Shown piece after piece: positions 11,784 to 23,439 of a stretch of DNA of 64,000 nt. A program made the position numbers and the translations under genes. A model generated the notes under the pieces. It worked only from the letters and a program-made list of their open reading frames with translations. It had not been told where the DNA came from and searched no databases. The stretch comes from Vitrella brassicaformis CCMP3155 (lineage: Eukaryota; Protista; Chromerida). The DNA lies in contig CDMY01000500.1 in assembly GCA_001179505.1 (NCBI GenBank), positions 1 through 64,000 on the forward strand, read 5' to 3'. The stretch's first letter is position 1; each line of letters starts with the position of its first letter.

Positions 11784-12990
11784 CTCGCACACAAAATGGG
11801 CGCAGGCATCCATGGGGTTTCTTGTGCCTGTCAGGTTCCCTGGGTCGTTCAACCTCGATGGCGTCCGCGAGGCCAAGACCATCGGCGAGTTCGATCGCCA
11901 CTTCATCGCCCCCATCTTCGGCTTTGCTGACAAGAAGGACTACTACATGAAATCGGCGTCCAAGCCGCACCTGCCCTTCATCCGCACCCCCTACATGGCC
12001 ATCAACGCGCGGGACGACCCATTCGTTGACGATGAGTCGCTTCCACAGGAGCGTCACGTCGACCACGTGGCCAAGCAGCACACCGATGACGTCGGCGCGC
12101 CGGTGCGGCTCGTGTATACCGAGAAGGGAGGGCATTGCGGGTTCTACATGGGCAAAGGGGGGTGGTCGCTCGCTGAGGAGATGGGGAGGTTCTTGGGCGA
12201 TGTGGACAGAGCCCATAATGGGCTGCTGTGAAGGCATGAGTGCGCGTGTGTGTATGAGGGAGTTGGGGGCTTTTTGCCGTTTTGGACAGCAGTCGATGCA
12301 TTGCGCAGCAATGGACAGTTTTGTGTGTGTGTGGATCCATTGGGACGAGGGCGGGAGTGGAATGACTCACTCATGGCTCGTTCGTCAACAGATGTGTGCG
12401 TGCCGAGGGAGTGTCTTCACGGGCATGAAGCGTATGTCTTCTCTCTCTCTCCCTCTTCTTGTATATGTGTGTGTCTGTCTGCAGGTCGTAAACCGCGGGC
12501 AACAGGGGCGGCCGTCATCCATCCATTTCGTGACAAACAAGATGTGCCCCTTCGCCCAGCGCACCTGGATCGCTCTGGAGGAGGCGGGCCTGCCTTACAA
12601 GCTGACAGAGGTCTCACTCTATGGCGCGGGGGGCAAGCCAAAGTGGTTTCTAGACCTCAACCCAAAGGTACCAACACACACACACACACACATGCGTTCG
12701 TTCATTCCCTCTGTCTGTCTGTCTGTCTGTAATGGCAGGGCCTGGTGCCCGTACTCGTCATCGACGGCCAGCCTGTGGCGGAGAGCGAGGCCACCCTCGA
12801 CGCCATCGCCGAGCTCGCCCCGTCCCTCGCCACCCCCACCCCCAGCAAGCGGCAGCAGTGGCGCGACATGCTCGAGCAGCGGCTGATCCCCGTCGGCAAG
12901 GCGGCGGTGCTCAACCCATCATCGAAGAACATGGCCGCGCTTCGAGTAGTCATTGCCGAGTGGGAGGCTAAGCTGCGGGAGAGGCCGGGG
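11784..12990 (+). repeat. Near-identical ~1.2-kb duplicate of 10276-11483 (last hydrolase exon plus GST 5' part)
   Basis: Both copies begin CTCGCACACAAAATGGG and end GAGAGGCCGGGG, with only a handful of substitutions or microsatellite differences, either side of a gap. Confidence 0.95.
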
Positions 12991-13185
12991 AAGGGCCACT
13001 TTCTGTGTGGCGAGGCCTTGTCCATCGCCGACGTGTCAGCGGTGCCTTTCTGGAGCCGATTGCAGGAGGAGATGGACTGCGTGGGTGCTGAGGAGTTCCC
13101 TCTCACACACGAGTGGCTGGCGGCGTGCAGGGCAAGGGAGGCGGTCCGCCGCACTCAGATGAGTTCATGGTGGTGGTGGTGGTGA
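12373..13185 (+). CDS. Glutathione S-transferase, Cys-type, complete copy 2
   Basis: GST-N (MCPFAQR) plus GST-C (FLCGEALSIADVSAVPFWSRL); stop at 13185. Confidence 0.9.
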
Positions 13186-13429
13186 CGTGAAGAGAACAGA
13201 GCAGATACATAGACTCCGTTGGTGCCGGCTGCATGCATGACAGTCGTGACAATGAATTCGCCAAGCTAGCAATCATCAAATCAGATCGCCGTGCTGGCGC
13301 ATAATGCCAGCCAGGCTCATGCAGCAGCAGCAGCAGCAAATTAAGCCAGGTGGGCTGGAGTGCACGTGGTAAAGGCGCACACAATTTGACCCGAGCTTTG
13401 TGTGTGTGTGTGTGTGACTGGCTCGAGCC

Positions 13430-14062
13430 ATGAAGGGCAATGTAGCCGCCATGAATGCCGCAAGGCTGCCCAAACCTGATGACGATGAGGTGAACCGTCC
13501 ATCCATCCACACGCATACCATCACACCACCGCTCATTCTCTCATCTCTTTCTCTGGTTATGCAGGAGACTGAGCCTCAAGATCACGCCGCCCATAACAAA
13601 TGTCAGCGAGGTGCGCAAGGTCAGCGAGGTACGCACACACACACACACACACAGATGGACGGATGGGATGAATGGATGGGTGTGGTGGATGTTGTGGTGT
13701 GGTGTACATGTGTGGTGTGTGGTGTGTGCGAAGGTCGGGGCCATTCTGCATCAGGGCATGAGCCTCTTGCCTAACTGGCGTCAACCTGACGCCCAACAAG
13801 CAGCTAACAAGGCCGTGGCGGTCGACTCAACCATCCAGGGCAACTCGCAGACAGTAAGTACACACACTCACACAGACAGACGGGAGGGTGGGGATGGATG
13901 GAGGGATGGATGGATGGGCCCATCCGGCCATGTCATTGGTGTGTGGTGCGCAATTTTCGATTCAGATGGAGTTCAAGCACAACCTGGTGCTGCGCGGTGC
14001 CTACCTGGAGCAGGAGGCCAACCCTCCCTTACTACATGAACGTAGCCTTCAAGAAGGCGCTG
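13430..14062 (+). pseudogene. Exon-like fragments of an unidentified protein, probably frameshifted
   Basis: GT-AG-bounded segments read RLSLKITPPITNVSEVRKVSE|VGAILHQGMSLLPNWRQPD...|MEFKHNLVLRGAYLEQEANPP, then a frame change to YYMNVAFKKAL. Family not recognised. Confidence 0.35.
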
Positions 14063-14295
14063 GTGAGTCACTGTGGTGAGTCGGTGACCCACACCAACCA
14101 CACATGTACACGGAGATGAACCACACACGCATTTGACGGATGCGCAGCGCTGCCACCTCAAACTGAGAGGCTCTGTTCAACGGCAACCTTGTACACGTCG
14201 GTTACATATTTGTATGGCGTGAGGCCCTCCAGCCAGACACAGACCATATCTCGGAAATCCCTACGCTACAGATTTCCGTCTTGGTGAGAGGACCT

Positions 14296-14876
14296 CACAT
14301 GCCGAGTTTCAGGCCGATTGGCCAAGAAGCCGCAGAGTTGTTTGCGATTTGGTGCCGATGGACATAAGAAACGTCACGTCGACCTAAGGAAAAGTCTACA
14401 CAGAAAGCATTTCTCGGGAATCCCCACGCTACACATGTGGGGAAGTGAGTGAGGCGTCCGCTCACCGAGAATCGTGGCCTGGGACCCTCAGGCCGTTGAG
14501 TTGTTAGCATTTTTCGACGGCCATGTCATGTGTACGTATATATCGACCCACCAGCATCTCCACAAACAACACCCATCTCCAAAAGCCGAGCTGCGTAAGC
14601 TGACAGGCGCACTCAGGGGCCTTCCCATGCCGATTTCCAGCCCGATTGGCCAAGAAGCCGCAGAGGAGATAGCGATTTTGTGTCGATGGACACATAGAAC
14701 GTCACGTCGACCTAAGGAAAAGTCCACACAGAAAGCATTTCTCGGGAATCCCCACGCTACACATGTGGGGAAGTGAGTGAGGCGTCCGCTCACCGAGAAT
14801 GGTGGCCTGGGACCCACAGGCCGTTAAGTTGTTAGCATTTTTCGACGGCCATGTCATGTGTACGTATATGTATGGA
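14296..14876. repeat. Two ~250-bp direct repeats, period 328 nt
   Basis: CATGCCGA at 14298 and 14626; CCATGTCATG at 14521 and 14849; long identical core between them. Confidence 0.9.
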
Positions 14877-14936
14877 TGAGATCTATCAGCAGCGATGGTG
14901 CAAAAGCTTCAACTCGAGACGGGGCTTGCAGACTGG

Positions 14937-15236
14937 NNNNNNNNNNNNNNNNNNNNNNNNNNNNNNNNNNNNNNNNNNNNNNNNNNNNNNNNNNNNNNNN
15001 NNNNNNNNNNNNNNNNNNNNNNNNNNNNNNNNNNNNNNNNNNNNNNNNNNNNNNNNNNNNNNNNNNNNNNNNNNNNNNNNNNNNNNNNNNNNNNNNNNNN
15101 NNNNNNNNNNNNNNNNNNNNNNNNNNNNNNNNNNNNNNNNNNNNNNNNNNNNNNNNNNNNNNNNNNNNNNNNNNNNNNNNNNNNNNNNNNNNNNNNNNNN
15201 NNNNNNNNNNNNNNNNNNNNNNNNNNNNNNNNNNNN
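14937..15236. other. Assembly gap (300 N)
   Basis: Run of n. Confidence 1.
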
Positions 15237-15499
15237 CCCCCCCCCCCCCCCGTGACGCATGCATTTACAGCAAGCAGCTGCAGGGTAGGAGCAATGAAGA
15301 GCGTTGGTAGCCCAAGGCGTTCTCTGTGCCTTCTAAGCCACCATGGGTCCAAAGAAGAAGAAAGGCCTCAAACGAAAGCCTTTCACATCTGTCAGCCATC
15401 CAAGAAAAAGCGCAGCCGCTCATTGACAACCGGTGAGCAGAGAAACCAATAGAGAGAAGCAGCACTGTTCAACGGCACCATTCATTCACTTGTCCATGT

Positions 15500-16602
15500 G
15501 TCTGCCTCTCACTCAGGTGCGAACAAGCGCCTGAAGGCGAAGCAGCAGGGTAAGCAATGATTGTCAGTCATTTCACTCTTGCACTGCGACTTCATTCACT
15601 CAATCACTCACTCCACCCCTCTCACCGTTCAGATGACGCTTCCGACCGCCATTCGCAGCCAGACGTGCGAAGGTGCGGATGACGATGCCCTCATGGACCA
15701 TGAAGACGACGGGCAGCAGCTCTTCTGCAGGCAGGAGGCCAACCGTCACGACGGCCACGCTGAGCTGGAAGAGATGGAGGAGGGAGAGGAGGGCGAGGCA
15801 GTCTGGGAGGAGAGGGCAGGGGATGGGACGGTGACGTGGATGAGGATATGGACGACTGGCCCGACAACGCCGAAGCCAATCGCACGCGTCGCGTCGGCGC
15901 CAAGGCCCTCGCACTGCAAAAGCAGCAGCGAGAGCTCGAGCGACATCAAAGTCCATGGCAATCAGCCCCGGCCCGACACAAAAGCCGTGAGTGAAGGATG
16001 GATGGATATATATATATCTCTCTCTCTGTGTGTGTGTGTGGCAGGTTGACTGTGACGGGCAGTGTGTCTGACTTCATGTCGCTGCTGAAGCTCAAGCCTC
16101 ACGACGGTCTGACCGAGATCGAGCCGTCGTGAGGCTTGAGCTTCAGCAGCGACCGCTGTCTGGAGTCGAGCACTCGTCCCACCCCATGCAGACCATCAGC
16201 CACCACGTGCGTGACCTGGAGGAGCCTCCTCTTGCCTACGACTGCTTTGTCGACTTCCTCGACCAACGAGCTGCCGCAAGCGCCCCGGCCACTGCAGTCA
16301 GGACGCAGGTGAAGCCAGCTGACCCCGTGCCCATGAGCAAGGTCGGCGACCTCAGTTGCCGTGTGCCCACCGGCCCTCCAGCGGCGGCGACGTCCGCATG
16401 ATGCTGACGGGCATCTGTGCCCTGCACGCCTGCATGCGTCTGCTGGAGCATCTGCTTCGGCGTGTCGCGCAGCGCTGCCCCACCCGCCTCAAGCACCGAG
16501 TGCGGCTTCCCACCCTACTGTCGGTTCACTGGCCAGACGAGAATGTCAAGGGCTTTATGGACCTGGCCAACTCAGAGGCTCATCTCAGTTCTCAGTGAAT
16601 AA
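15500..16602 (+). pseudogene. Fragmented coding-like region with stops and frame changes
   Basis: Overlapping short ORFs (15561-16049, 16129-16401, 16356-16598) with protein-like acidic and helical stretches that do not join cleanly. Confidence 0.3.
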
Positions 16603-17547
16603 GACCAAGAGAATCACCCACGCCCGTTTGTCGATGTTGGTGTCTCCAGACATGTGTGTGCATGTGTGCGTGTGTGTGCGTTGATGCAGGTTGAGTGTGA
16701 TGGACATTCCTGCTTTGTTGTATTACAACTGATTCGTCGACTTCCGGCAGAACGTGCATTCACTCATCCATGCGGCGGCGACAGGCTGGCCAGTGGCCAC
16801 CGGCAGTCGGCTGTGTGTCGGTCTGTGTGTGTCTATGTATTAATGTCTGTGTGTGTTGTCGCCTATCAAACTTTTGTGCCAACAGTTTTTGTCTGTTTCT
16901 CGTCTGTTTTGGTCGAACAAAGTCATGCGAATGTCTCAGTGAAGAGAGAGACACACAATCAGACACTCAATGACTGATTGCGTGTCCCACCATGACAGCT
17001 GCATGTACGGACATGTGTGATCGACATCCAAACACATGCACTCAATGACAGCTGCATTCAATGACATGCGGGAGGTCATTTTGTCACTCTGAGTGCATCT
17101 TTTGCTGGCCTCTATGAGCCCTCAAATCCCTTTGGAAAAATTCGCAAATATGTTCATAACATGACCGCTGAACAGCTGCTCTCAGCTTGCTGTGCCGTCT
17201 CAGTGTGCTCTATCATATGCGTGTCAAATAAGTGAGTCAACTTGGGTTGTGAGTGAGAGACATGAGTTTGACTGCTTGGTAGATCGACCGTTGTGACGGT
17301 TTGCTTCACTTGTCTGTACCTTTGCTTGTCAGTTGCTGTATGTTTGCTTGTCCTTCTACGTATTTCTCTGAAACCGATCGACCATATTGACTCAGAGTTT
17401 CGCCATACATATTGACTCACTACGTTGTGTCATCAGGGCATCGCTGGTGGTGGTGGTGCTGGACTCACACCAGGACCGATTGCCGCAGTGTGGTGTGATA
17501 CTTTCTGCATGTGTGTGTGTGTGTAAGAGGCCCAACTCTGGATGTAC

Positions 17548-17847
17548 NNNNNNNNNNNNNNNNNNNNNNNNNNNNNNNNNNNNNNNNNNNNNNNNNNNNN
17601 NNNNNNNNNNNNNNNNNNNNNNNNNNNNNNNNNNNNNNNNNNNNNNNNNNNNNNNNNNNNNNNNNNNNNNNNNNNNNNNNNNNNNNNNNNNNNNNNNNNN
17701 NNNNNNNNNNNNNNNNNNNNNNNNNNNNNNNNNNNNNNNNNNNNNNNNNNNNNNNNNNNNNNNNNNNNNNNNNNNNNNNNNNNNNNNNNNNNNNNNNNNN
17801 NNNNNNNNNNNNNNNNNNNNNNNNNNNNNNNNNNNNNNNNNNNNNNN
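17548..17847. other. Assembly gap (300 N)
   Basis: Run of n. Confidence 1.
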
Positions 17848-18413
17848 TATGGCGCGGGGGGCAAGCCAAAGTGGTTTCTAGACCTCAACCCAAAGGTACC
17901 AACACACACACACACACACATGCGTTCGTTCATTCCCTCTGTCTGTCTGTCTGTCTGTAATGGCAGGGCCTGGTGCCCGTACTCGTCATCGACGGCCAGC
18001 CTGTGGCGGAGAGCGAGGCCACCCTCGACGCCATCGCCGAGCTCGCCCCGTCCCTCGCCACCCCCACCCCCAGCAAGCGGCAGCAGTGGCGCGACATGCT
18101 CGAGCAGCGGCTGATCCCCGTCGGCAAGGCGGCGGTGCTCAACCCATCATCGAAGAACATGGCCGCGCTTCGAGTAGTCATTGCCGAGTGGGAGGCTAAG
18201 CTGCGGGAGAGGCCGGGGAAGGGCCACTTTCTGTGTGGCGAGTCCTTGTCCATCGCCGACGTGTCAGCGGTGCCTTTCTGGAGCCGATTGCAGGAGGAGA
18301 TGGACTGTGTGGGTGCTGAGGAGTTCCCTCTCACGCACGAGTGGCTGGCGGCGTGCAGGGCAAGGGAGGCGGTCCGCCGCACTCAGATGAGTTCATGGTG
18401 GTGGTGGTGGTGA
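17848..18413 (+). CDS. Glutathione S-transferase copy 3 (5' part lost in the gap)
   Basis: Near-identical to ~12620-13185 with a few substitutions (GEALS becomes GESLS); flanks diverge after ~18490. Confidence 0.85.
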
Positions 18414-18674
18414 CGTGAAGAGAACAGCGCAGATGCATAGACTCCGTTGGTGCCGGCTGCATGCATGACAGTCGTGACAATGAATTCGCCAAGCAATCAT
18501 CAAATTCAAATCAAAACATGAGATCCTCATAGCGTAGCTGTTTGCGCACCGCTCCATCATTGCAGAGCTGTTTGCGGTTTCCCTCCCCCCTCCCTCCATC
18601 ATTTGCGAGCTTTTCTGCGAAAAAGAGCAGGCGAACGGCTTTTCCCCGGTCGTCTTCACCTGACTGCAGCTGGA

Positions 18675-21600
18675 ATGGCGTCGTCATCGAGCGAAACGGC
18701 GCCTCCGTTTTACCCAGACATCTATGACGTCAACGACGACCTGCTGTCGGACGCCAGCAACCCGCCCCTGCTGCTGCGCCACGGGCCCCTGCTCAAGATG
18801 CAGAAGGCCATCCATCGACTGCAGGTAGGTCACACAGCTGCCACACACACGACTTATGACACACAGACAGACACCACACTGATCAGTGAGTGTGATGAAT
18901 ATGTCTGTCTGTTTCAGGAGCACCACGGATTCCTCTTCAACAACTGCCTGGTGAACACATTATAAATCTCGCGCATCTATGCGTGTGCGAATTTCCATCA
19001 CCTTTGTTGTGCAGGTCATCACCCACCCCTGTCAGCCGACCAACCGCTTCAAGTGGAAGCGGTCCGTCAGCTTCCGACACGCCGTGGTGAGGGACGTCCG
19101 CGAGGCCACGCAGGCCGTCAACGGCATCGGACACGGCATCGTCCTGCTCGAAAATCTGGTGCTCTCAACAGACAACCGAAGGCATGATAGAATGCCGTCT
19201 GTCTGTCTGTTTGTTTGTCTGTCTGTCTGCGTGTCTGTCTGTCCTAAGGAGGGCATCACGCGGCAGTCTCTCTTGTGTTGGCGATCTCATCAGGAGAAGA
19301 AGGAGTGGCTGAGTGCTCTACGGCGCGCCCTGGCCACCTTCGCGCACCCCAACGACACCCCCGCTCCCGTCCCTCAAGCAGGGGAGCCCTCCCAGCGTCT
19401 CAAAGGCCCGCTGCCCCCCCGTCTGGACGACATGACAGTGCTGGTGGCGCACGACCTGGTCAAGGACACGGTGCACGCCTTCGCATTGGAGGTCCGTGTG
19501 CGCAGACACACCCACAGACAGACAGAGAACCATTGGCTGTGTCTGTCCCCCCCTCCCTCGATGCGCTTGTCAGAACAAGTGGATACTGATCCAGGAGTGG
19601 ATACAGCATGCCGTCAACAGGCGAGGCGGGGCGGACATCGGCGACCTCAACGACACTGACGAGTGGGGGTGGTCGGCCGCACACGTCGCTGCACGGGTCG
19701 GCGGTGATGCTCATTCTGTCCTACAACGTCACCGTGTGTGTGTTGTGGGCATGCAGGTGGGCAGCCACGCGGCCATGACAGTGCTGGTTGACGGCGGCGT
19801 GGACGTTGACGGTGTCAGTGCTCAAGGCGAGACCCCTCTCCTTGTCGCATGTCGTGTTGGCAACGCGAAGATCGTCCGTCTGCTGCTGCGCAACGGCGCC
19901 AACCCACGGGCTGTAAGTATACAGTGCATTTCACCGCGAGGGAGAAACGTGTGTCTTGGATTGTTCTGCTTGTTCTTCATTTTCATCAGGTTGACAAGGG
20001 CGGGAGGAACGTCGTGTACCTGGCAGCATCTCACCCCTCTGCCAAGGGTGAGCTCAGGGCACCACACCACACACTGATTGCCCAAATGGAAGGGGCTTGT
20101 GTGGTTTGGTGGCGGTGTGTGGTTGGTCAGTGGCGGGCACGACCCTCAAGGTCCTTCGGATGAGCCACGTCAACCTCAACGGGTGCGTGTGCCGCCAACC
20201 ACAAGACGCTTCGTCCACCCCACACCTCTCAGCGCTCCATGTCGCCATACTCAGTGAGCACAGAGGGGGGGGAGGAAGGGAGGGAGGGAGATCTGTGAGA
20301 AAATGTATGTTATGTGTGTTCAGATCACGACGTCGAGATGGTCGGCCGTCTGCTGTCAGTGGGCTGTGACGCCAACATACAACTGGCCGACGGCTCCGGC
20401 AGGACAGCCGTCCACCTCGCTGTCCAGACAGACCACCAGTGAGATGAACAAATTACGGGTGCCACGGCGCTCGCGCGTGTGTGTACGTTGCTGCTTGGAT
20501 CAATCAGGCTGCTGGTGCAGTCTGTGCTGGAGTTCGGCGGCCAGCCAAACCTCCGCGACGCCGAGGGCCTGTCCCCCCTCCACCACTGCCGATCGCTCGA
20601 GTGCGTCATCGTCTTGGTGGAATACGGCGCCAGAGGGTGGGAGCAGCTCCCCAATCAGGTGCTCACACCACACCACACCACACAACACACAAGACGCACA
20701 TTCATCCTCGTGTGTGTGTGTGTGTGTGTGTCTGGGTTCTCGCCCGCCGTCAGATACGGCAGCAGCTGGGCCTTCCCCTCGAGGAAAAGGACGGCGAGCC
20801 TCCGACCGAGGAGGCCGCTGCGGCCCTCGAGGCCGTCAGGAGTGCGCGGCAGAAGTATCGGACTAAGAAATATGAAGACCACAGAGGCGAGCGGATCTCA
20901 CTGCCGTGGTGAGCACCCACATACGATGGGGTGGGTGGGGTGCATGCGTCAGATGATCGGATGGAGCGTGTGTGTGTGTATGTGTATGTGTGTGTGTGTG
21001 TGTGTGTGTGCAGGTGGGCGGTGACGTCATCAGCTCGGTGGACGAACGACGCCGATGTGGATGGCTGTCAGGCGTGCGGAGTCACCTTCACCGTCCGCAT
21101 CAGACGACACCATTGTACGTCAGTCACACCAACCAGTCCACGCCTCCCCTCTCCCCTCTCCCCTCTCTCATGCCATCTCTTGATCAGGTCGTTCGTGCGG
21201 CCTGTGTGTCTGCGACGAGTGCTCGTCGAAGCGAGCCGTGGTGCCCCACCCCTGCAAAGAGCCCGACAGGAGAGCATCCGGCTCACAGCAGCAGCAGTCG
21301 TCATCCCCCGACGGCTCACCAACCGCAGCAGCTGGTGGCAGAGGCAGGGGGGCCGGCCGGGCCGACCCAAGCTATGACCCATTGGCAGGGTATCAGACCT
21401 CCATTGAGTCGATGGACGCCGATGCAGAGGTGGAGCGGCAGGAGGCAGAGCAAGACGACCAGGCACCGCAGCCGGACAGAAGGAGGAGCGTGTTGGCTGG
21501 TGAGGGGGAGAGACGGGAGATCCTCATCTCTCTGTCTGTGTGCCCACTGTGTGTCTGTGAAGGTCTGTTCACGGGCCGCAGGCAGAGCGCCATGTCGCCT

Positions 21601-22720
21601 GTGAGTGTCACCGAGGCGGCGCCGGCGGCGTCGATGGTCCCGCGGTCGAGGCTGCCGATTGCCAAGGGTGCGTCGGGGTACCTGCGGACATGCGACGCCT
21701 GCTTCAATTTCCTCCAACACTTCGACGTCAGGCATGCACCACACCCACATGAGCGACCGATCAATCCGTTCCATGTGATGTGTTTAGGTGGAGGCTGCCG
21801 ACGAGACACAGCTGTCGTCGGCCAACGATGAGAACCAGGTGGGTGTCAGGACACCTACTACCCCACCCAGCCATCTCGTGTCGCCCCTCTCATTTCTGTC
21901 TGTCTGTCTGTCTGTCTGTCTGTCCATGCGATGCAGATGGCATCTGCCGACGACTGGGTGTTCCTAGACAACAGCCCCGCGTCACGCCAGCACCGCAACG
22001 AGCCGCCCCGAACACCCTCAGGCCGCTCGCTGGAGCCCCCGGCCGCCGCCATGTCCATACCCATCCCCACACAAACACCCGGGTCATCGCAACAGCGGCT
22101 GTCTGCCGATGAAGACGAGATCGCCTCCCTCGTCGGTGACGATGACGAAGGCGGTCCCAACACAGACAGCCGGAGGGACAGTGGTGGGCTGGGGTCGGTC
22201 GCGAGGTCGTTCCTGGGTGCGATGGGTCTGGGGGGTGGGGGGAAGGGGCGGACTCGGATGAGTGTGGCTGAGGGGGCCGTGGCTGCGGCGGCGAGAGAGA
22301 AACAGCCCCGCCCCCAGCCGCCCCCGCGAGCCAACACCGCCCACACGCTCAAGTACCACCAGGTCAGTAAGCAGATGAGAGCGTTGTTTTGTTGTTGGTT
22401 GTTGGCACGGCGTATGGGTCCTCCTGCTGTGTGTTGGTGCTCCATTCATTCAGAATGCGACTGATGCGGCAATGGAGTCGGCAGCCGCAGCAAGGGCAAA
22501 AGTGGCAGAGAGAGGTACTGAGGGGCGAACGAGGCCGTGTGCTGTCACGTCTGTGTGTGTGTGTTGGCCTGTGTGTGGCGTGTGGGGTGTAGGTGAGGCG
22601 TTGGTGTCACTGAAGGGGACGACCGATCGGCTGGCTGACAATGCCAAGCAATACTATGAGACGGCGAGGCAGCTCGCCGAGGCGCAGAGGGGATGGGGCA
22701 GGGGACGAGGGAAGAGGTGA
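18675..22720 (+). CDS. PH domain + ankyrin repeats + FYVE zinc finger protein
   Basis: PH: LLRHGPLLKMQK...FLFNNCL...EKKEWLSALRRA. ANK: GWSAAHVAAR, GETPLLVACRVGNAKIVRLLLRNGA, GRTAVHLAV, GLSPLHHC. FYVE: WTND..CQAC...RRHHC|RSCGLCVCDEC...CDAC. 3' end approximate. Confidence 0.85.
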
Positions 22721-23439
22721 TATTATTGTGATGGTGCAAGTATCGTGGGTGTGTATCGTTGCCGCGATGCGCTGGTGCAATGAACGCGACAGCTTGGTGT
22801 GTGTGCACTAGATCGTTCATGCCAGTATGTCACATAATTGAGTAATTGGTCATGCAATCGGGTCGCTGGAAAACACGCAGATGGAATCATGTCTGCAGAC
22901 AGTTCACACAACAGCACAAAAGAACGCCACGCCACTCACTGCAAGAATTGCATGCATCTCGTCGCGCTATTCTAGTTGCCTTTGTTACGACATAACAACA
23001 CATCCCAGTACTGCACGACAGCATGCAGCACAGACACGCACACACACATGCCAGCCATCCAGCCATGCCAACATGCAGCAGGGACACAGCTGCAGCAGCC
23101 ACCCGTATATGTCTTTCGCCCTCCCCGCCGCCATTGTCTACACGGGGTTGTCTACATGGTGCCCAACCCCCCGCCCCAAAGAAAAAAGGTAAGGCCAATC
23201 GATAACGCACGCCCACAATAGGCCTCCCTCCCTCCCTCCCTCCCTCCAAAGCCTCCGAAGATAGCTAGTTTTATGTACACCCACACACGCATGGCATGAA
23301 CAGATGCAATCAATGCCATTCGCCAGCCCCACCACTTCGAATGAATGGCACTCTGATTCACAATGGCCGCCCGGCCGGCCGGCTCTGGAGGTTGTCATGT
23401 GATGCATCACGACAACCGTCTATCTGTCTGTCTGTCTGT

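Noticed and set aside
13168-13185. WWWWW C-terminus of the GST
   Set aside because: A (TGG)5 microsatellite just before the stop; most likely neutral slippage.
15237-15251. Poly-C run
   Set aside because: Sits at a gap edge; likely a sequencing or assembly artefact.
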